A stretch of 64,000 nucleotides of DNA from Tricharina praecox (GCF_024521635.1 NW_026250403.1:3038001-3102000); one strand, 5' to 3'; counted from the first letter of the stretch, positions 37,485 to 51,400 are shown. Translations and numbers: made by a program. The notes: generated by a model not told the origin, from the sequence alone.

Positions 37485-38071
37485 CGCGGTGTGGGGGCTG
37501 TGTTGGGTGGCCGTGCTGGTGCTGGTGGTCGTGCTGGTCGTGGTGAGGTGGACCGTGGGGTGGCAAACAAGGTTGGGGTTGACCGTCGGCGGCGGAGGCG
37601 AAGCGAGAAAGTTCATCTTCACCACGCGGAAGCTAATGGGTTAGGGCTACGGTTGGTGGGGGAACTACGAGCTGCTGTTGCCTACAAACAAATCCAACGA
37701 AACGAAACGAACGGGATAAAATACGAGTCATCTCCACCCCCCTAGAGATCGTAGCGTCTTGCATCCCAGCGGCTGACTCCTGGATTTCACCAAGGAATGA
37801 CTGGAATGAACGACTAGACCCCCATATGTAGTTGTACGGCGAAGTCAAGCGACTTGCGCACGCTGCGAATATTGTTGGACCACCTGACGGCGGTTACTGG
37901 GGCGCTGACTACTAGTCGTGCGCGTGTGTGAATTACACATGACTGTTCGACGAAAACGACGACGATGCTGACGGATATGAGCTGCCTTGGGAGTCATTTA
38001 AATCGGGCCGGCTTTCTTGTAATTCCCCATCGCATTCAGGCACGCAAAAACAGAGACGCCTTCAAAACTTG

Positions 38072-38479
38072 ATGCTTATTCCTGCCATCCTTCCAAACCT
38101 CATTCTCATCACTGCCGCCACCGCAACCGCCATCGTAGAGCCACAGAACGCCACATTCGCAGTCCAAACGCCCCTTCGCATAGGCGTGGGAAAGAACCAA
38201 GACAAAACCTGTCTGCCCACGTGGAATCGTTGCGACTCCCTCGATCTTTGCTGTCCCTCGGGCACCAGCTGCGGCTACAACAACATCGCTCCTGAAGAAG
38301 AGCGTGTGATCGTCTGCTGTCCCCACAACACTATCTGCTATTCACTCGACAATCCCGAGATGGCGTTTGTCCATACCAGCTTTGGGACGAGGTCGACTAG
38401 ACGCCAGCGGACGGGGTGGATCGCGGCTGCGGTGGCTATGGCTTACGGCGTGGGTAACTGGCGACGGAGGGATTGGTGA
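38072..38479 (+). CDS. Small secreted Cys-rich protein, possibly GPI- or tail-anchored, 135 aa
   Basis: Hydrophobic N-terminus MLIPAILPNLILITAATATA; 8 Cys including two CCP motifs; short hydrophobic C-terminal stretch GWIAAAVAMAYGVG. Confidence 0.65.
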   Translation: MLIPAILPNLILITAATATAIVEPQNATFAVQTPLRIGVGKNQDKTCLPTWNRCDSLDLCCPSGTSCGYNNIAPEEERVIVCCPHNTICYSLDNPEMAFVHTSFGTRSTRRQRTGWIAAAVAMAYGVGNWRRRDW

Positions 38480-38538
38480 TCACAGAATGTCGGCGGCAAA
38501 GCTTTCTCGATCATATGTAGAGTACAACTTTTTCCTCC

Positions 38539-39472
38539 CTAGCTATGTTCGGGAACATTCACCACCTTCGCCGTCGAGATTGCCGCCGCCCGTCGGAAAT
38601 ACTGTCTCAGTCATCAGCAATCATTCATTTCCTTTTTTCTCTTCTTTTCCCGCCGCATGACACCCACCTCCGAAATCTTTCCCTCCGGCAGCTTCCCATT
38701 CCACTTGTCACACACTCGCTTAATCCTATCATCGCCATCAAGCTCAATGGAAACTATACTCCTCACCTCCTTCTCCACGCCCGGCAGGGCCTTCAGGGAA
38801 TACTTGTTCACAACCTCCATGTCGACCCTCTTCGGCGCCACCGAGATGACTTTATGTTCGATCATATCGATATCGCTCATGATCGCCTTAAGGCCCCACT
38901 GCACCCCTCATCAGCACCGCCCTCCCCTCCCCTCGTCACCACAGCGCACTCACCCACTTCGCATCGACCTCCACGATGCCCACTGCCTTACTCGCCCAAT
39001 CCTCAAACACCGCATCATCCGCCCAGAACCTACGCTCCATCTTCTGCTTATTGACCTTCCCCTGCAGCAGGTCCAGCACCGCACCGACAACCTGGCGCAT
39101 ATGCCCGCGCAGCTCCAGCCCAGGCGCGAGATTGATCTCCACGCTCTCGACCTTCCCCGTGAGTCCGCTATCGGACGGCTCTGGCGCGGGCCGCGTCCCC
39201 GGCGCCGAGCTGCTCGTCGCCGGTGATTGGTCGTTCCAGTACGCGGAGTCGGGCGCGGTCGTGGGCTCGACCTTTTGCGCGGATGCGTGGTCCGACTGCG
39301 TTCGCGGAGGCGGCGACGTGCTTGTTGCGGTCGAAGGCGCACGGTTGCGGCTACTCATACTCCCCCCGGGGGGCACCCGCGCATGAGTCGATGTGTACCG
39401 CAGCAGGCGGCTGCCCGTAGGGATGAAGGCGAATACGCGCTTGCGGGATAGGACGCGGAGGGGGCTGAGCAT
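38539..39472 (-). CDS. Hypothetical protein with probable NTF2/SnoaL-like domain, ~270 aa; exons 39472-38954, 38898-38668, 38601-38539
   Basis: VGAVLDLLQGK...FWADDAVFED...|WGLK...IKRVCDKWNGKLP; two GT-AG introns in phase; Arg-rich presequence-like N-terminus. Confidence 0.75.
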
Positions 39473-40314
39473 GGTTTTTTCCTGGTTTTTGGTTCGTTTG
39501 GCGGCGGGTTTGCGGCTTTCTGCTAGAGGAGGGCGCTGTTTTATTCCAACTGCGGGTGCGTTAGGTAGCTTTGACGTCATCGGGATTCGGGCCCGTGGGC
39601 GTGGTGGTGCGTGCGCGTATTGATGTTCTGTAATTTTTAATCACCCTGAAGAGTAGCCCTTCATCGGGACAGAATGAATAGCTTCGCCAAGTACAAATAT
39701 GTCCTGTGAATTGTGAGATTGAAGATCGAGTGATTGTCTGTGAAGTGTCATGCATCCGCAACACTTCGGTAGCCCGTACGAGTCGCTTTGGCTGCTTGTG
39801 GGGATTATTCTGCGGGGTTATGTCCCGATGAATGAGCTTTTGCGGCCCCATTCAACTCTGGGAAGCTCAGAGTTAGTGTCGCGAAGAGCATTGCCGTCGA
39901 TGCGACTGCAGCAGCGCTTGGAATCGGATACTGTGGGACACAGCGGAAACGGCGGGCATGGCAGATGCACGAGCGGTGAAATTTCACCGACCTGGCTAGA
40001 CCAGATTCGGTGGGATTAAACGTTCAGAGTGCTCTTGTTTATTTTGCCGGCGGATCTGTCTGTCTGTCTCATCGCCCATCCTCATTGTTTTCATCATTCT
40101 TGTCGTGCCCTGTTATCCGATTTGTCGGTCAGTGGTCGCTGTGATCGTTTTCTCGTTTTAGTGTGCCTGTTCGTCTGGGACTTCCTGAATTCTTCAGGAG
40201 GTTCATTTTCTATACTCGTCCTCTTCCTTTTCTCATGACCTATACTTGACTCTTTCACCCTATCCACTGCCAACGTCGACTAAGGGTCCCTCTGGCCTTT
40301 AGCTCTTCAATACC

Positions 40315-40635
40315 TATCATTGGAACTGTTAGCGTCCGGACCCGAACAGCACTTGGCAGTACCATCGCACTCAGCCTCGCTCGTCCATCCGCCCTTGAGC
40401 GAGAGACCCGAATAGCGCTCGGCAGTACCATAGCACCTAGCAGCCATGCTTGGAACCGGACAACATTGATTAGGAACTCTTCGCGTTCGGGCCTGAAGAG
40501 CACTCGGTAGTGCCCTCGCACCCAGCAGCCACGCTTGGAACCGGATATCATTGGAACTGTTCGCGTCCGGATCACGAATAGCACTCGAGAGTGCCATTCC
40601 ACCCCATCGCATCCAGCAGCCGCACTCGTCCACCC
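40315..40635. repeat. Degenerate tandem repeat (~70-90 bp units, about 4 copies)
   Basis: Recurring blocks (TATC)ATTGGAACTGTT(A/C)GCGTCCGGA, CCGAA(C/T)AGCACT(C/T)GG(C/T)AGT(A/G)CCATCGCAC and CAGCAGCCA(C/T)GCTTGGAACCGGA. Confidence 0.7.
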
Positions 40636-41828
40636 ACGCTCATCCATCCGCCCCGGGTTCCAAGATCTCGAGATCGAAACCACATTGCGAGTGATCCGCC
40701 ATGGTCTGCACGTTACTATAACCCCCCAAACCCCCAGGCTACACATGGTACAGCTCCACAAGCCCCACGGATATGGCACTAACCAATAAGTGTTTTGTAC
40801 ATATGTAGCGATGTCTCGCGATCGGGCGCAGGAGGAACCCCCCTCCGACAAAGTGCCCGAGGTCTGGGTACTAACTACCGGTAGTAGTGCTCACCACTGT
40901 GCTTCGACCGAGCGCCCAGAGTCTCGATACATACACCTCCCTAAAAGCAGAATCGTCTTTCGCTATCCTTTCCCGAGTCCTTCTCCTGCGCCTGGCGGTA
41001 GATATGCATACTTGCCCCCAAGTACATATTTATCTACCTGGTATGTAGATGTTTCGTGTCGGATGCGTGGGGCGGGGGGGTTATCCGACACGAATCCTCG
41101 ATTCCCTCCTCTCCTCTCCTCTCTCCTCCCCACCGATGAATAATTACTACTAGTATAGGTAGTATGTACCGTATCGCGCACCAAATACGGTAGTTATGTA
41201 GCAGGTAGTGCAATACCCAATACTACTACCCTACATATACCCAATATACATCCGTTAGATACGACGCAGCACCCACCCAATCACAGCCCGCACAGCAAGC
41301 CACCATCGGTCCATCGCCCTGGCCCACGTGGTTTCCTGTTTCCCCACATTCCTGTAGCGAGCGAACGAGCCCCCCCCCAACCAACCCACAGTCCACCTAC
41401 GGTCCACCCACCGTGTATAGCTGGTTGTACTAGCACTGGACTGAACGGGGGGGGGGGTTGACGATGGCCCCACGAGCCGTGTCCGACCGTGCATATTCCA
41501 GCGCGGATAGTTAGGATCGGACTCGAAACTGCGGGGGGCGGCTTCGGCGTTGCGGGCTCGCGGGTTCGCCCTCGGGCGATAGTTTGTCGTCGGGCGGCCG
41601 TGTATTCGCCGTAGACCCGACCCGATCCTCCGATGTCGCTGCTAACTACGGCAGTGGCTAGGTAGCTCACAGTACGGCCAGCCATCCAGCCCGTCCGCCC
41701 GCCCGCGATCGACTCGACGACTCGACGACCGCCTGCCAACTCGGTCCACGCACGTACGATATGACGCAAAACACGCACCGTCTCCGTCTCCGTCTCCATC
41801 TCCGTTCCGCCCTAGCAACAATATGTAG

Positions 41829-41948
41829 CAACAACAAAAAAACTAAAAACTAAAAGCTAGAAAACAACAACAAAACTAAAAACTAAAAGCTAGAAAACAA
41901 CAACAAAACTAAAAACTAAAAGCTAGAAAACAACAACAAAACTAAAAA
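41829..41948. repeat. 33-bp A-rich minisatellite, three full copies plus partials
   Basis: Unit AAAACTAAAAACTAAAAGCTAGAAAACAACAAC repeated exactly. Confidence 0.9.
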
Positions 41949-44387
41949 ACTCTATCGTGCGTCCCAGGCTCCACTGGTTCGTGCGGTTTCAGATCACCGG
42001 GCGGTCTACTCGCTAGTAGATATACTAGCGGTATCCTAGGTGTGTACACACTTGGATCCTCTCCACCGATGCTCGCCGATGCTCGCCGATACTTATATCT
42101 ATGATATACTCCGTCATGGTGTGTGTGCGTCTTGCTATCGTCGGCGTCGGCGGAGAGTGGGTGAGCATTGAAACATCGGACGGAACCATCGGAACTGTCG
42201 GAACTGCCGGAACTGTCGGACCCTCGGAGGGCGGAGGCAGCTGAAGTGAATCATCGCGATGGATGTTTTGCAGGACGTTTTTAAGAGTGTGGCTACTATT
42301 ACTACTCTACACACATGATACATGCTGATGGGATGTATGGAGCACGCGATGTTGCGCGGGGGGATTTTGTTGCTGGGTGCAGAATGCTGGGTGCTGGGTG
42401 CTTTTTCTTTTCTTTCAATATCGAGATAAGATAAGACAGCCCCGTTATCATTGTCATCTCGGGGATTCGGCACTTTGTCCGGCCGGCCGGGGACGGGACG
42501 GGATGGGACGAGTGATGGTTTGTGCTGTGCTGTGGATTACCGAAGACAGAGAGGATGCGGTACGGTATGGCACGGTATGCAGCGAGCCGAGTGGCGTGGG
42601 CAGTCTATACCGGTATCTGCCGAGAGGGAGTGGAAATAAAAGCCGAAGATGAAACGCGCACAGCAAGATGCCAGGCACTGCTGTGGACGGGTACCTGCCG
42701 CTGCGTCTTGCAATAATGATCGCCCCCCCCTCCCCCCGGCGCTTTGATACCGCAATACATACTCGACGGATGCGTGCGTGCGTGCGGAGACCAGGAAAGG
42801 TTTTGCAAGAACGTTTGGCATTCGTTTGTTTGCCTCCCTCCATCGCCTCATCGCCTCATAGATCGCCCCCCTCCATCGCCCCATAGATCGCTTAATCGCC
42901 TCATATGTGCGTCCGTTGCCTGTTGCCGTTGCCCGTGGGCACGGAGAGTGTATTACGTATTTCGTAATGGTACTACCATCCACCACCACCCATCCGTTTG
43001 TTTGTACTCCCTTGGCCCACTCTCCACTCTTCTTCTGCCTCCTCTTTCGACGCTCTCTCACCTCTCTCACCTTCCAGTCAGCAGCCACCATGTGCCCTAC
43101 GTAACACTCCCCCCGTCGCCCCCCCCCCCCCCCCCCCCTCCTCCCCATGCGCCGTTGATATAAGCTGCAACTTACGAGTCTGCAAGTCTGCGATCATCAT
43201 CCGATCCGGTCGGCTCTTAACTTCTTATTTTTCCCCGCAGGCGCCAGGCATTATGTAGCCAGGGCCGGGGCCTGGGCTGGGTTGCACGATCGCCCCCAGC
43301 GGTTTCGGTTGCGGTTGCGGGGTGCATACATACCGGTATGCACGGTACAGGCAGTAGGTAGCATCATCGTCTGCTTTTCCGGTAGCCGGGGGGCAAGATT
43401 CGAGGTTTGAGGGTTTGGGGGGCTTGAGGGTTGGGAGGGCCGCTGGTTCTGTCTGTCTTTTGTGACCACAACCGCGCCCCTCATGGATGCAGCGGTTGCA
43501 ACTTACATCTTGCAACCTACAACCTGCAACCTCGCCCGCGGCGTCCGGGTAAGATCTTCATAATCCAGTGCAAGTGTGCAACATCTTCCAGTTCCAGTTC
43601 CAGTTCCAGTTCCAGTTCAAGTGCAAGTGCAAGTGGGGACAGTATGATAGGTAAGTGCAAGTGAGGCAAGTGCAAATTATGGAGTTGGACGTGATCGTAT
43701 GAGTGGAGCAGAGTGGAGCAGAGTGGAGCAGAGTGGGGCAGGTGGGCAGGTGGGTAAGTACGGTATGCAGGGTGCGGGCGCCGGTTTGATCTGACCTCGA
43801 GTCTCGGAGGCTGATACATGCTGAGATACATATCATACGGTACCGTACTCAATGATATGCACGGGATGCACGGGATGCATACGATAGCTGTGGATGCATA
43901 CATGATATGCATACGGTAGGTATGGAGTATGGATACACCATGGGAAGTTGGCCACCAGGGTACGCTCTATGCTCGATATCATAACGGAATATATCTATGG
44001 ATGTATGGATGTGACGTCTTGAACCTACTCAAACTACCCACATACCTACCGGGGGATGTGTGTGTCGAGTGTGTGTGTGTGTCGAGTGTGTGTGTCGAGT
44101 GTGGGTGTGTGTGTGGGTGTCTTCATCAACCCGGACGCCTAAATTCCAATCGCAGCCTCGCCGCATCGCTGCATCGAAAGGCGTCAAGATTCAAGAATTC
44201 GAACAAGTGGAGCTAGGGGGGTCGGGTCTGGCCCCTCGTGGGGGGAAGACATGGAGCAGCAAACGAACGGACGGGCAGACACTTCGAACCTCTCGGGGGA
44301 GGGGGAGGGGGGTTGCGCGCGGCTGAGGAGATTACATCAGATCAGATCAGTCAGTCAGTGGTCAACCATGACTGTTGTGTACGTAGG

Positions 44388-44428
44388 GGATGGATGGATG
44401 GATGGATGGATGGATGGATGGATGGATG
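44388..44428. repeat. (GATG)n microsatellite
   Basis: About 10 perfect tetranucleotide units. Confidence 0.9.
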
Positions 44429-45598
44429 GGTCCTATCCTCTGCCTGCGATAACTAGGGCCCGGGGTGGATGGATGGCTGCTTGCCGCTGCGAGAATCCTG
44501 CTTGGCCCTTGGGTGGATGGTTGCCGCTGCCTGCGAGTACACACGTGCCGCCGTCATGCGATCGTACTACAGCCTACAGGTAGTAGTGTCCTGTAACCTG
44601 TTTGTGGCGAATCTCCTTCGTCTTGTTCTTCTTGTTCTTCTTCCATACCGGTACCATATAGCCGAGACGAGTACCGTACTCTAATGGCGCTTTGGCTGGC
44701 TGGAAGCGGTGCTGGAAGCGGTGGCGGATGGTACGAAGCAAGTGATCCTGAGGATCCAAATGCACCGAGGCATCTCCCTCCTCCTCCTCCTAGGCTCCTC
44801 CTCCTGCTTCTCCTCCGACGACGACTCCTTCTCGCCAGAAGACTGTCACACGCACCACTTCAGTGACCAGTCGAGGACTCCGGGGGGCGACTTCACTTGC
44901 ACTGTTTGTTTTATCGCAATCGTTTGACCTTCTAGGTACACACTCTACCGGCCAGTGCACCTTTACCTTTCCGCGCCACAGGCCTTATCGTGGGTACCGG
45001 TACGGTACGGTATCACAGAACCCGCGTAACATCGCTTCCATAGTGCCCTAGTGCCCTCCTGTCTACATGGAGCCGGATCCTCGCCCTCCAAACAGCACTT
45101 GTTTACTCTACATATCTACATCCATCCATACTCTACATCCAAATCCAGCAGTTCGAATTCAGAGGCACCGACCGACCGCCGCCGCCGTCGCCATCGCAGT
45201 CTGACACTCGAAGAAGCTTGATTACTCTAGTACGGGAGAGGGGGAGTGGGTGGGTGAGGCGCTACTTTGCCGATGCAGCGATGCTGGTTGGTTGGGGCTG
45301 AGCGCGTTTGGCGAGGGGAGAGTTGGCGAGAGGAGGGTTGGCACGGGAGGACGGGGTGCGACGGGGGGGACGGATAGCTAGTGGGTAGAGTAGGTTGCTT
45401 AGTTACCGGCCGGTGGATATAGTGGTCGGCCACACTGTCGAGGCCCGTATCTTGATTGGTCGTGTGGACTGCACCCTTCGTACTAAGTATCGTCCATATG
45501 CACCACGGTCTCCCCCCGTTACACGCAGGGCTAACGCCGACGCTCGCCCTCTCGTCTCTCGTCTCTCGTCTCTCCGGCTCCGGGATCTCTGTTCTCTA

Positions 45599-45640
45599 GT
45601 GGTGGTGGTGGTGGTGGTGGTGGTGGTGGTGGTGGTGGTG
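45599..45640. repeat. (GTG)n microsatellite
   Basis: About 14 perfect units. Confidence 0.9.
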
Positions 45641-46137
45641 ATATCACTTTCTACATAGCCGTCGACGGCGTTTCGTTTCAGGCAGATGTTGGTGTATCCA
45701 CATACATAGTGAGCGGGTTTTCGGCTCTAGGCTGGTGTGGGCCTAGCAGCATGCATCTCTGAGGAGGTCACTTCTTTGGCTGGCGAGACAGAGGGCAGGG
45801 ATGGACCGCGTGGGGGCTGGCTCACACTAGTTTCTAGTCGGGCATGTTTCGCCAACGGCAGTAGAGCAAGCGAACGGGCGGTGGGGGGGGATTGAGAGCT
45901 ATTGATCGTGAAAAGATAGTTAGACTGTTAGAGGGAGACGGGGGAGACGGGGGAGACATGGGTGATTGGGGAAGATGGAGTGATGGAGTGATGCAGTGTC
46001 GGCGAGAGCTGCACGGTCGGAACGGCCAGCGGAGCGAGGTGGACAGCCGGGAGACGGAGAGAGGGCTTCTCGTCTTCCACGGCCGGGAGAGGCAGATCCC
46101 GAATAATGTTCTGTCCGTCCGCGTCGGTGGCTTCCAA

Positions 46138-46170
<33 letters not shown>

Positions 46171-46996
46171 AGCACACTATCGTTCCCGGCCTGACCTGGG
46201 CGCACTGTAGAGTATGCAGAATCACGAGTGCTGCCGTGCCACGATACCGGTAGGTAGGAAGTTGAGTAGGCACATACCGAACTCGTTTCAGGCGAGTGGG
46301 CAGACATCGTTCGGCACGCCCACTCTGCGGCTTCTCACACGCCCGGAATTCCTACACGCCCCTCCGCACACATCGACCCGTGGTAGGCAAATACGCCTAG
46401 CAGGTCTCACGGCGCATCCCCACGCCCGTACATACCGCACCGTTTCCCGTGCACCTCTAGATCCTGATCCATATCCTGATCCTGAGCCGACGTCGACGTC
46501 GGTGGGCGGCGGCGGCGTCAGCGGAGGCAGTCGAAGCCGTCCGTCCTCGCAGGACCGGCGACCACTCACCTCATCTTCCTCACCACACCTGCAGGGGTTT
46601 GTCCGGTTGTGTGTGGGGTCAAAACCTGTGGAGACGTGCATGCATGCATGCATCAGCATACACACGAGTCTACGACCGACCGACTCGAAGAGGGAAGGAT
46701 GGATGGAGGACGAAAAACGAATGAGAAAAATAAAATAAGAAATAGAGAGGGAATCGAGGGCGAGAGCCAACCAACCCAACACCACCCACCTTCTCGCGGG
46801 GGGGGGGGGGGGGAGGGGGAGGGAAGGTGTGCAGCCACCACCACCAACGACAGCGGCCTCCCCCCGTCCTTGCAATAGTCGGACGCGTTAAGCTGTCTCT
46901 GGTGCGGAGAGGATGGCTAGAGTAGAGAGTTAGCTGCAACTCGAACCCGGGGAGCTTCGAGGAAGCAGGCAGATCGGAGCTGAGCAGAGAAGAGTG

Positions 46997-47240
<244 letters not shown>

Positions 47241-47487
47241 TCACACTAGGAAGAAAAAAAAGGAAAAAGGAAAAAAAAAGAATAAAGCACCTTCCCTCAT
47301 GTCTGCCACCTTCCCCCGTCCATTCATCCAGCCATCGTGGGCAATCAATCGAATTGATCTTCATAATCTTCATCAACCCCGTCACCAAACGTGAGTTCTG
47401 TCCATTCACTCACTCGCTCACTCCACACCCGACCCGATTTCATCCTTCCACGACAACCACAACCGCCGCCGCCGCCAGGTGCGCAAA

Positions 47488-47533
47488 CCACCACCACCAC
47501 CACCACCACCACCACCACCACCACCACCACCAC
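47488..47533. repeat. (CCA)n microsatellite
   Basis: About 15 perfect units. Confidence 0.9.
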
Positions 47534-48833
47534 TATCACCGCCGCCACTACCCATCCCCCATCACCCATAGAGTGCTTCACCTACCATAGAGTAGAAACC
47601 TGCATTTGCGAAAAAAGAAAAAAAAGAAAACAAAAATCGCCTAATATTGACGGCCGAGCACGAGTCTTGACTCTTCCGCACAGGATCAGCTCCAGCTCCG
47701 TGCGGACGGCCTCGAAGTTGGAGTACTCTAGATCTGCACGCTGCCGAGTTCATGCGATATCGATTTGACAGGGTGCCCTTCTGCTTTCTCTTAATCTTTT
47801 AGTCTTTCTTTATTTATTTAAATAACATTCATTATCGGGGGTGCTTTCTCCACTTGCTTCCCGCCCGCCGTTTCGTCTTGCTCGATCCGATCTGACCGAC
47901 CCGTGCTCGCCTTGCCTTGCTGGATCTTGCCTGCCTGTCTGCCTGCTCGTTAACTGTCAACTCGCACATCTCATTCACTCTGCTTGCTTTAATTCTCCGT
48001 TGAGCGCTGCTGTCTCCATTGCGCTTCATCCGGTCTCTCCTTTTCTTCCGCTCCCTCTTAACTTGTCTTCTACCCTTCTCCTCCTCCTCCTCCTCCTCCT
48101 CCTCCTCTTCTCCTTCTCCGTCTCCTTCTCCGTCTCCCTCCGTATCCCCATCCCATTCCTGAATAGGAAGCCCCTCAAGCGTTTCGTCGTCGGCAGGTCA
48201 TATTGGAGTACTTATCCGTCTGCAGATCCGTCGCCAAAGTCTCCATTGGAAGAGAGTCCTCCGTCCGTCGTTCGTTGAGAGAAACAGCGAGCGCCGGTAA
48301 ATATCTCGCTCGCAAGACGGACTCCACCCTGCGATCAATCATACCCTCCGTCGAATTCTCCTCCCACCCTGCCATCAATCAATATCCTCCATCGAATTCT
48401 CCTCCCCACCCCACACAACCCATCCCTCCCCCCCAGCACGAGCCAGTCCTTTTCGAGCACCCCTCCGATTCATCCTGGCGCACATCTAAATTCGAATCAG
48501 CACTTGCAGCGAAGTAGTTGGTCTTGCCTTGGGGGATATCAACCTGGATACATACATAACTGCAGAGTCCACCCTACTGCAATGCCGCGGTAGAACCACA
48601 ATATATATCCAGTCCACCCCCACCAAGCCCCCCAGCGCACCCCATCGAAGCACCCACATATACGAGTATATATAAAATTCCACAGACGCACTCCGACACA
48701 CGCACATACCAACACACACCACCCCCGACATATCGCAACCGCTGAAATCGCATCGCATCACAAAACCGCACGCCCCCGACGACTTCCGCAATTGCCTCCC
48801 AACCCGCCCGGAAGGAGGCCGTGACGGGAACGT

Positions 48834-50797
48834 ATGAAACCCCTTGTCCACAAGTTCATACTCCCGCCGGTGCTCGTCGGCCTCCACGCGCTACTGCTCC
48901 TGCCACTGTTCTTTGCGCCGCCGCCGGAACATCTCGGGAATCCGCAGCATGAACTGCTGCAGTCCCATTCCTCGGATGGCAGTGAGAGGGAGCCGCTGAT
49001 GCGGCGCTTGCACCTCAAGGACGCGATCCCGATCGGCGTCGTCGGTTTCGTCGGCGTGCATGTGTTGCGCAGGTTGGCGGGCATGGTTCCGCTCCCGAAG
49101 GATCCGAGGAGGACTAGACTCGCGGCGAGGATCGAGAAGGGTGTGTTGTTTGCGTTGGGCGTGGTGGAGGAGGTCTGGCGCTGGGGGTTGGTCCGGCTCT
49201 TGATCAAGGCGATTGGCGGCAAGGGCGGTTTTAGGGGACGAGGGGAGCTGTGGGGTTTGTCGTACGTCGGGCTGGCTGGGGAGGAGGAGACCTTCGCGGT
49301 CGCGCGCCCGAGTATCTGGGAGGCGGTGTATTTGATGGGGTGGATCTGGAGCGCGGTCGAGACTGTGGTATGTTGTGAGGCGGCGCCGGGGATTCCCCTG
49401 GGTGTCTGATCGGAGACTGATTGTGTTTTGTCGCAGTTGGCATGGTACACCGTCCGTCCGACACACCCTGACGAGCTCCATCATTCGTATAATCATTACC
49501 CCCATTCGGGATACAGCCGGCGCAATATAGATGAGAGCCGCAACTCACCGCGGCGGCAGCTTCTGGGAAAACGCACACGCAGCGACTATTCGACGATGGT
49601 GCAGAGCGATGCCGGCAGCGATCATGAACCCGCGGAGCGCCGCACCTTCTTCGAAACCATCCAACACAAGCGTCGGGACCTGGGTAGCAGTCCGCGAGCT
49701 CGTGAGCGCCCCGAACTAACGATCCAGTTTGTCCTCGAAGGCTCGGGCTCCACCACTGCATGCGACGAGTCGATCCGGAACTGTTCCGCCACTCCGACAA
49801 CCCCGAAGGCTTTCGGTAAGGCGGTGGAAATGGAGCGGGGAGAGACGACGCCTCGTGCAACTTTTGCCGTTCCGCCCCGGCACGACGGAATATCGGATAA
49901 CGACTATGGCGACGACGAAGGGTCCGACTCCGAGTCCGAGTCTGGACTCAGCAGTCGCAGCTCGTGCGATGGCACCAGAAGAGGGTATTCTGAGACGCAA
50001 ACGCCGCTATTGAGCTCGTCGCTCCCATACGATCCCGAACAGGATCATCCGCACCACGAACACCTTCCCCACCGACAGGCATCCTTCAGCACTTTGGGCG
50101 AACCAACAGCGCTTGTCGCCCTCAGCTCCGTCGCAGGTGATACGGACCATGTGCTCTCATCGGATTCGGAAGACGGTGGGCTGGTAGTGGTTCACGAGGA
50201 TGACGTCGACGCCTCCGACAGTGATGAAGCGCCCACACCCATCGAGCGCCCCCACAGCCCTCGCCGACGCATATATCCCTCGTTCCCATCTTACTCGGCG
50301 TCATACAACCACACACACTTTCCCGCACTCGCGCCTGCTTTGTCCGAAAATAATGAGACCCAGCTGCCAACACCAACCGCGCCGCTTCCAGTACCGGCAC
50401 CGGCGCCTGTACGCCATCACAGCGTCCGAAGACGCGTGTATGGCCTCTCGGTCGACCGACTTCCGGTGTACCTTGCCATAATGTGGCGAGCAGCAGCACT
50501 GCTGCGACACCTGGGACACTCGATGTGGTTTGCTTGGGCGCCCGTACTTGTGTTCCAGGGCCATCTCCAGTGCTGGTGTGTTCTCGTCCTGGGGGTGTTG
50601 GCCGTACGGAAGGGGTGGAACACGGTCGAGTGGTTCGGCGGGAGCGCAAGCAGGTAAGGTCATCCTCCATCGCATCGAGTGACAAAACACTGACGCGTCG
50701 AAACAGAGCGGGCCTGTTGAAGAGCTCGGCAGTGCTTCTGACCATAGGCACCATAATTTACATCGGCGGCCTGGTGGTGTGGGGACTTTTATATTAG
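48834..50797 (+). CDS. Hypothetical multi-pass membrane protein with a large disordered loop, ~613 aa; exons 48834-49367, 49437-50653, 50707-50797
   Basis: Hydrophobic segments at both ends, LGVVEEVWRWGLVRLL and LLRHLGHSMWF motifs; two GT-AG introns in phase. Confidence 0.78.
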
Positions 50798-51400
50798 CTG
50801 GTCTTCTTTCCTTTCTCTTCAATCTCTCGTCTTGTCTGGCGTTGCTGGGGATATCCTTTCATATGTTGACTTTATTTCATTCCAAAAATGGGTAGCGGGT
50901 GGTATCTTGTCCCTTTTTTTTTTTTTTATTTCTCTTTTCTCTTCGATTCTATTCATGTCTGATCATGCCCCCTTTTCCACTTGGTCCACTCCGACTTTTC
51001 TCCACGGCTGGCTGCTTCTTCATCTCCTCTCACTCACTCACCTCACTCACCTCATTCACGCAGTTATGGGTTTTCCTTTGTAGCTTGTTGACTTGTATGT
51101 AATCTTTGTCGTATGGGATCTTTAGAATGCGAGGGAATGGGGGTGGGGGGGAGTGTATATGCTGTACGTAGTAGTAGTAGTAGTGGGATGGTGTACTGTA
51201 CTTATTATTGGGAAGGGCTGGGATGGCAATGGATAGCAACAAAGGGTAATTTGGATTTCGATCACTCCTCACTTCTTATCTGATCTGTACTCTGTTCAAT
51301 CGATGATGGCCTCTCTGATTCCCCATCCTCCCTCTTCGCCGCTCGCGCATCATACATCACTCGACCGAACCTCCTCCTCCTCCTTCCTCCTTCACACGCT

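Noticed and set aside
37485..37625. In-frame N-terminal extension of FMC1 (ATG 37616)
   Set aside because: Low-complexity Thr/Pro sequence typical of a C/A-rich 5' UTR; family similarity starts at ATG 37484
37638..37646. GGGTTAGGG / CCCTAACCC as a telomerase RNA template or interstitial telomere
   Set aside because: Only 1.5 repeats, in the FMC1 upstream region, with no supporting structure
41829..41948. CRISPR-like array
   Set aside because: Identical contiguous units without spacers, eukaryotic context, no cas genes
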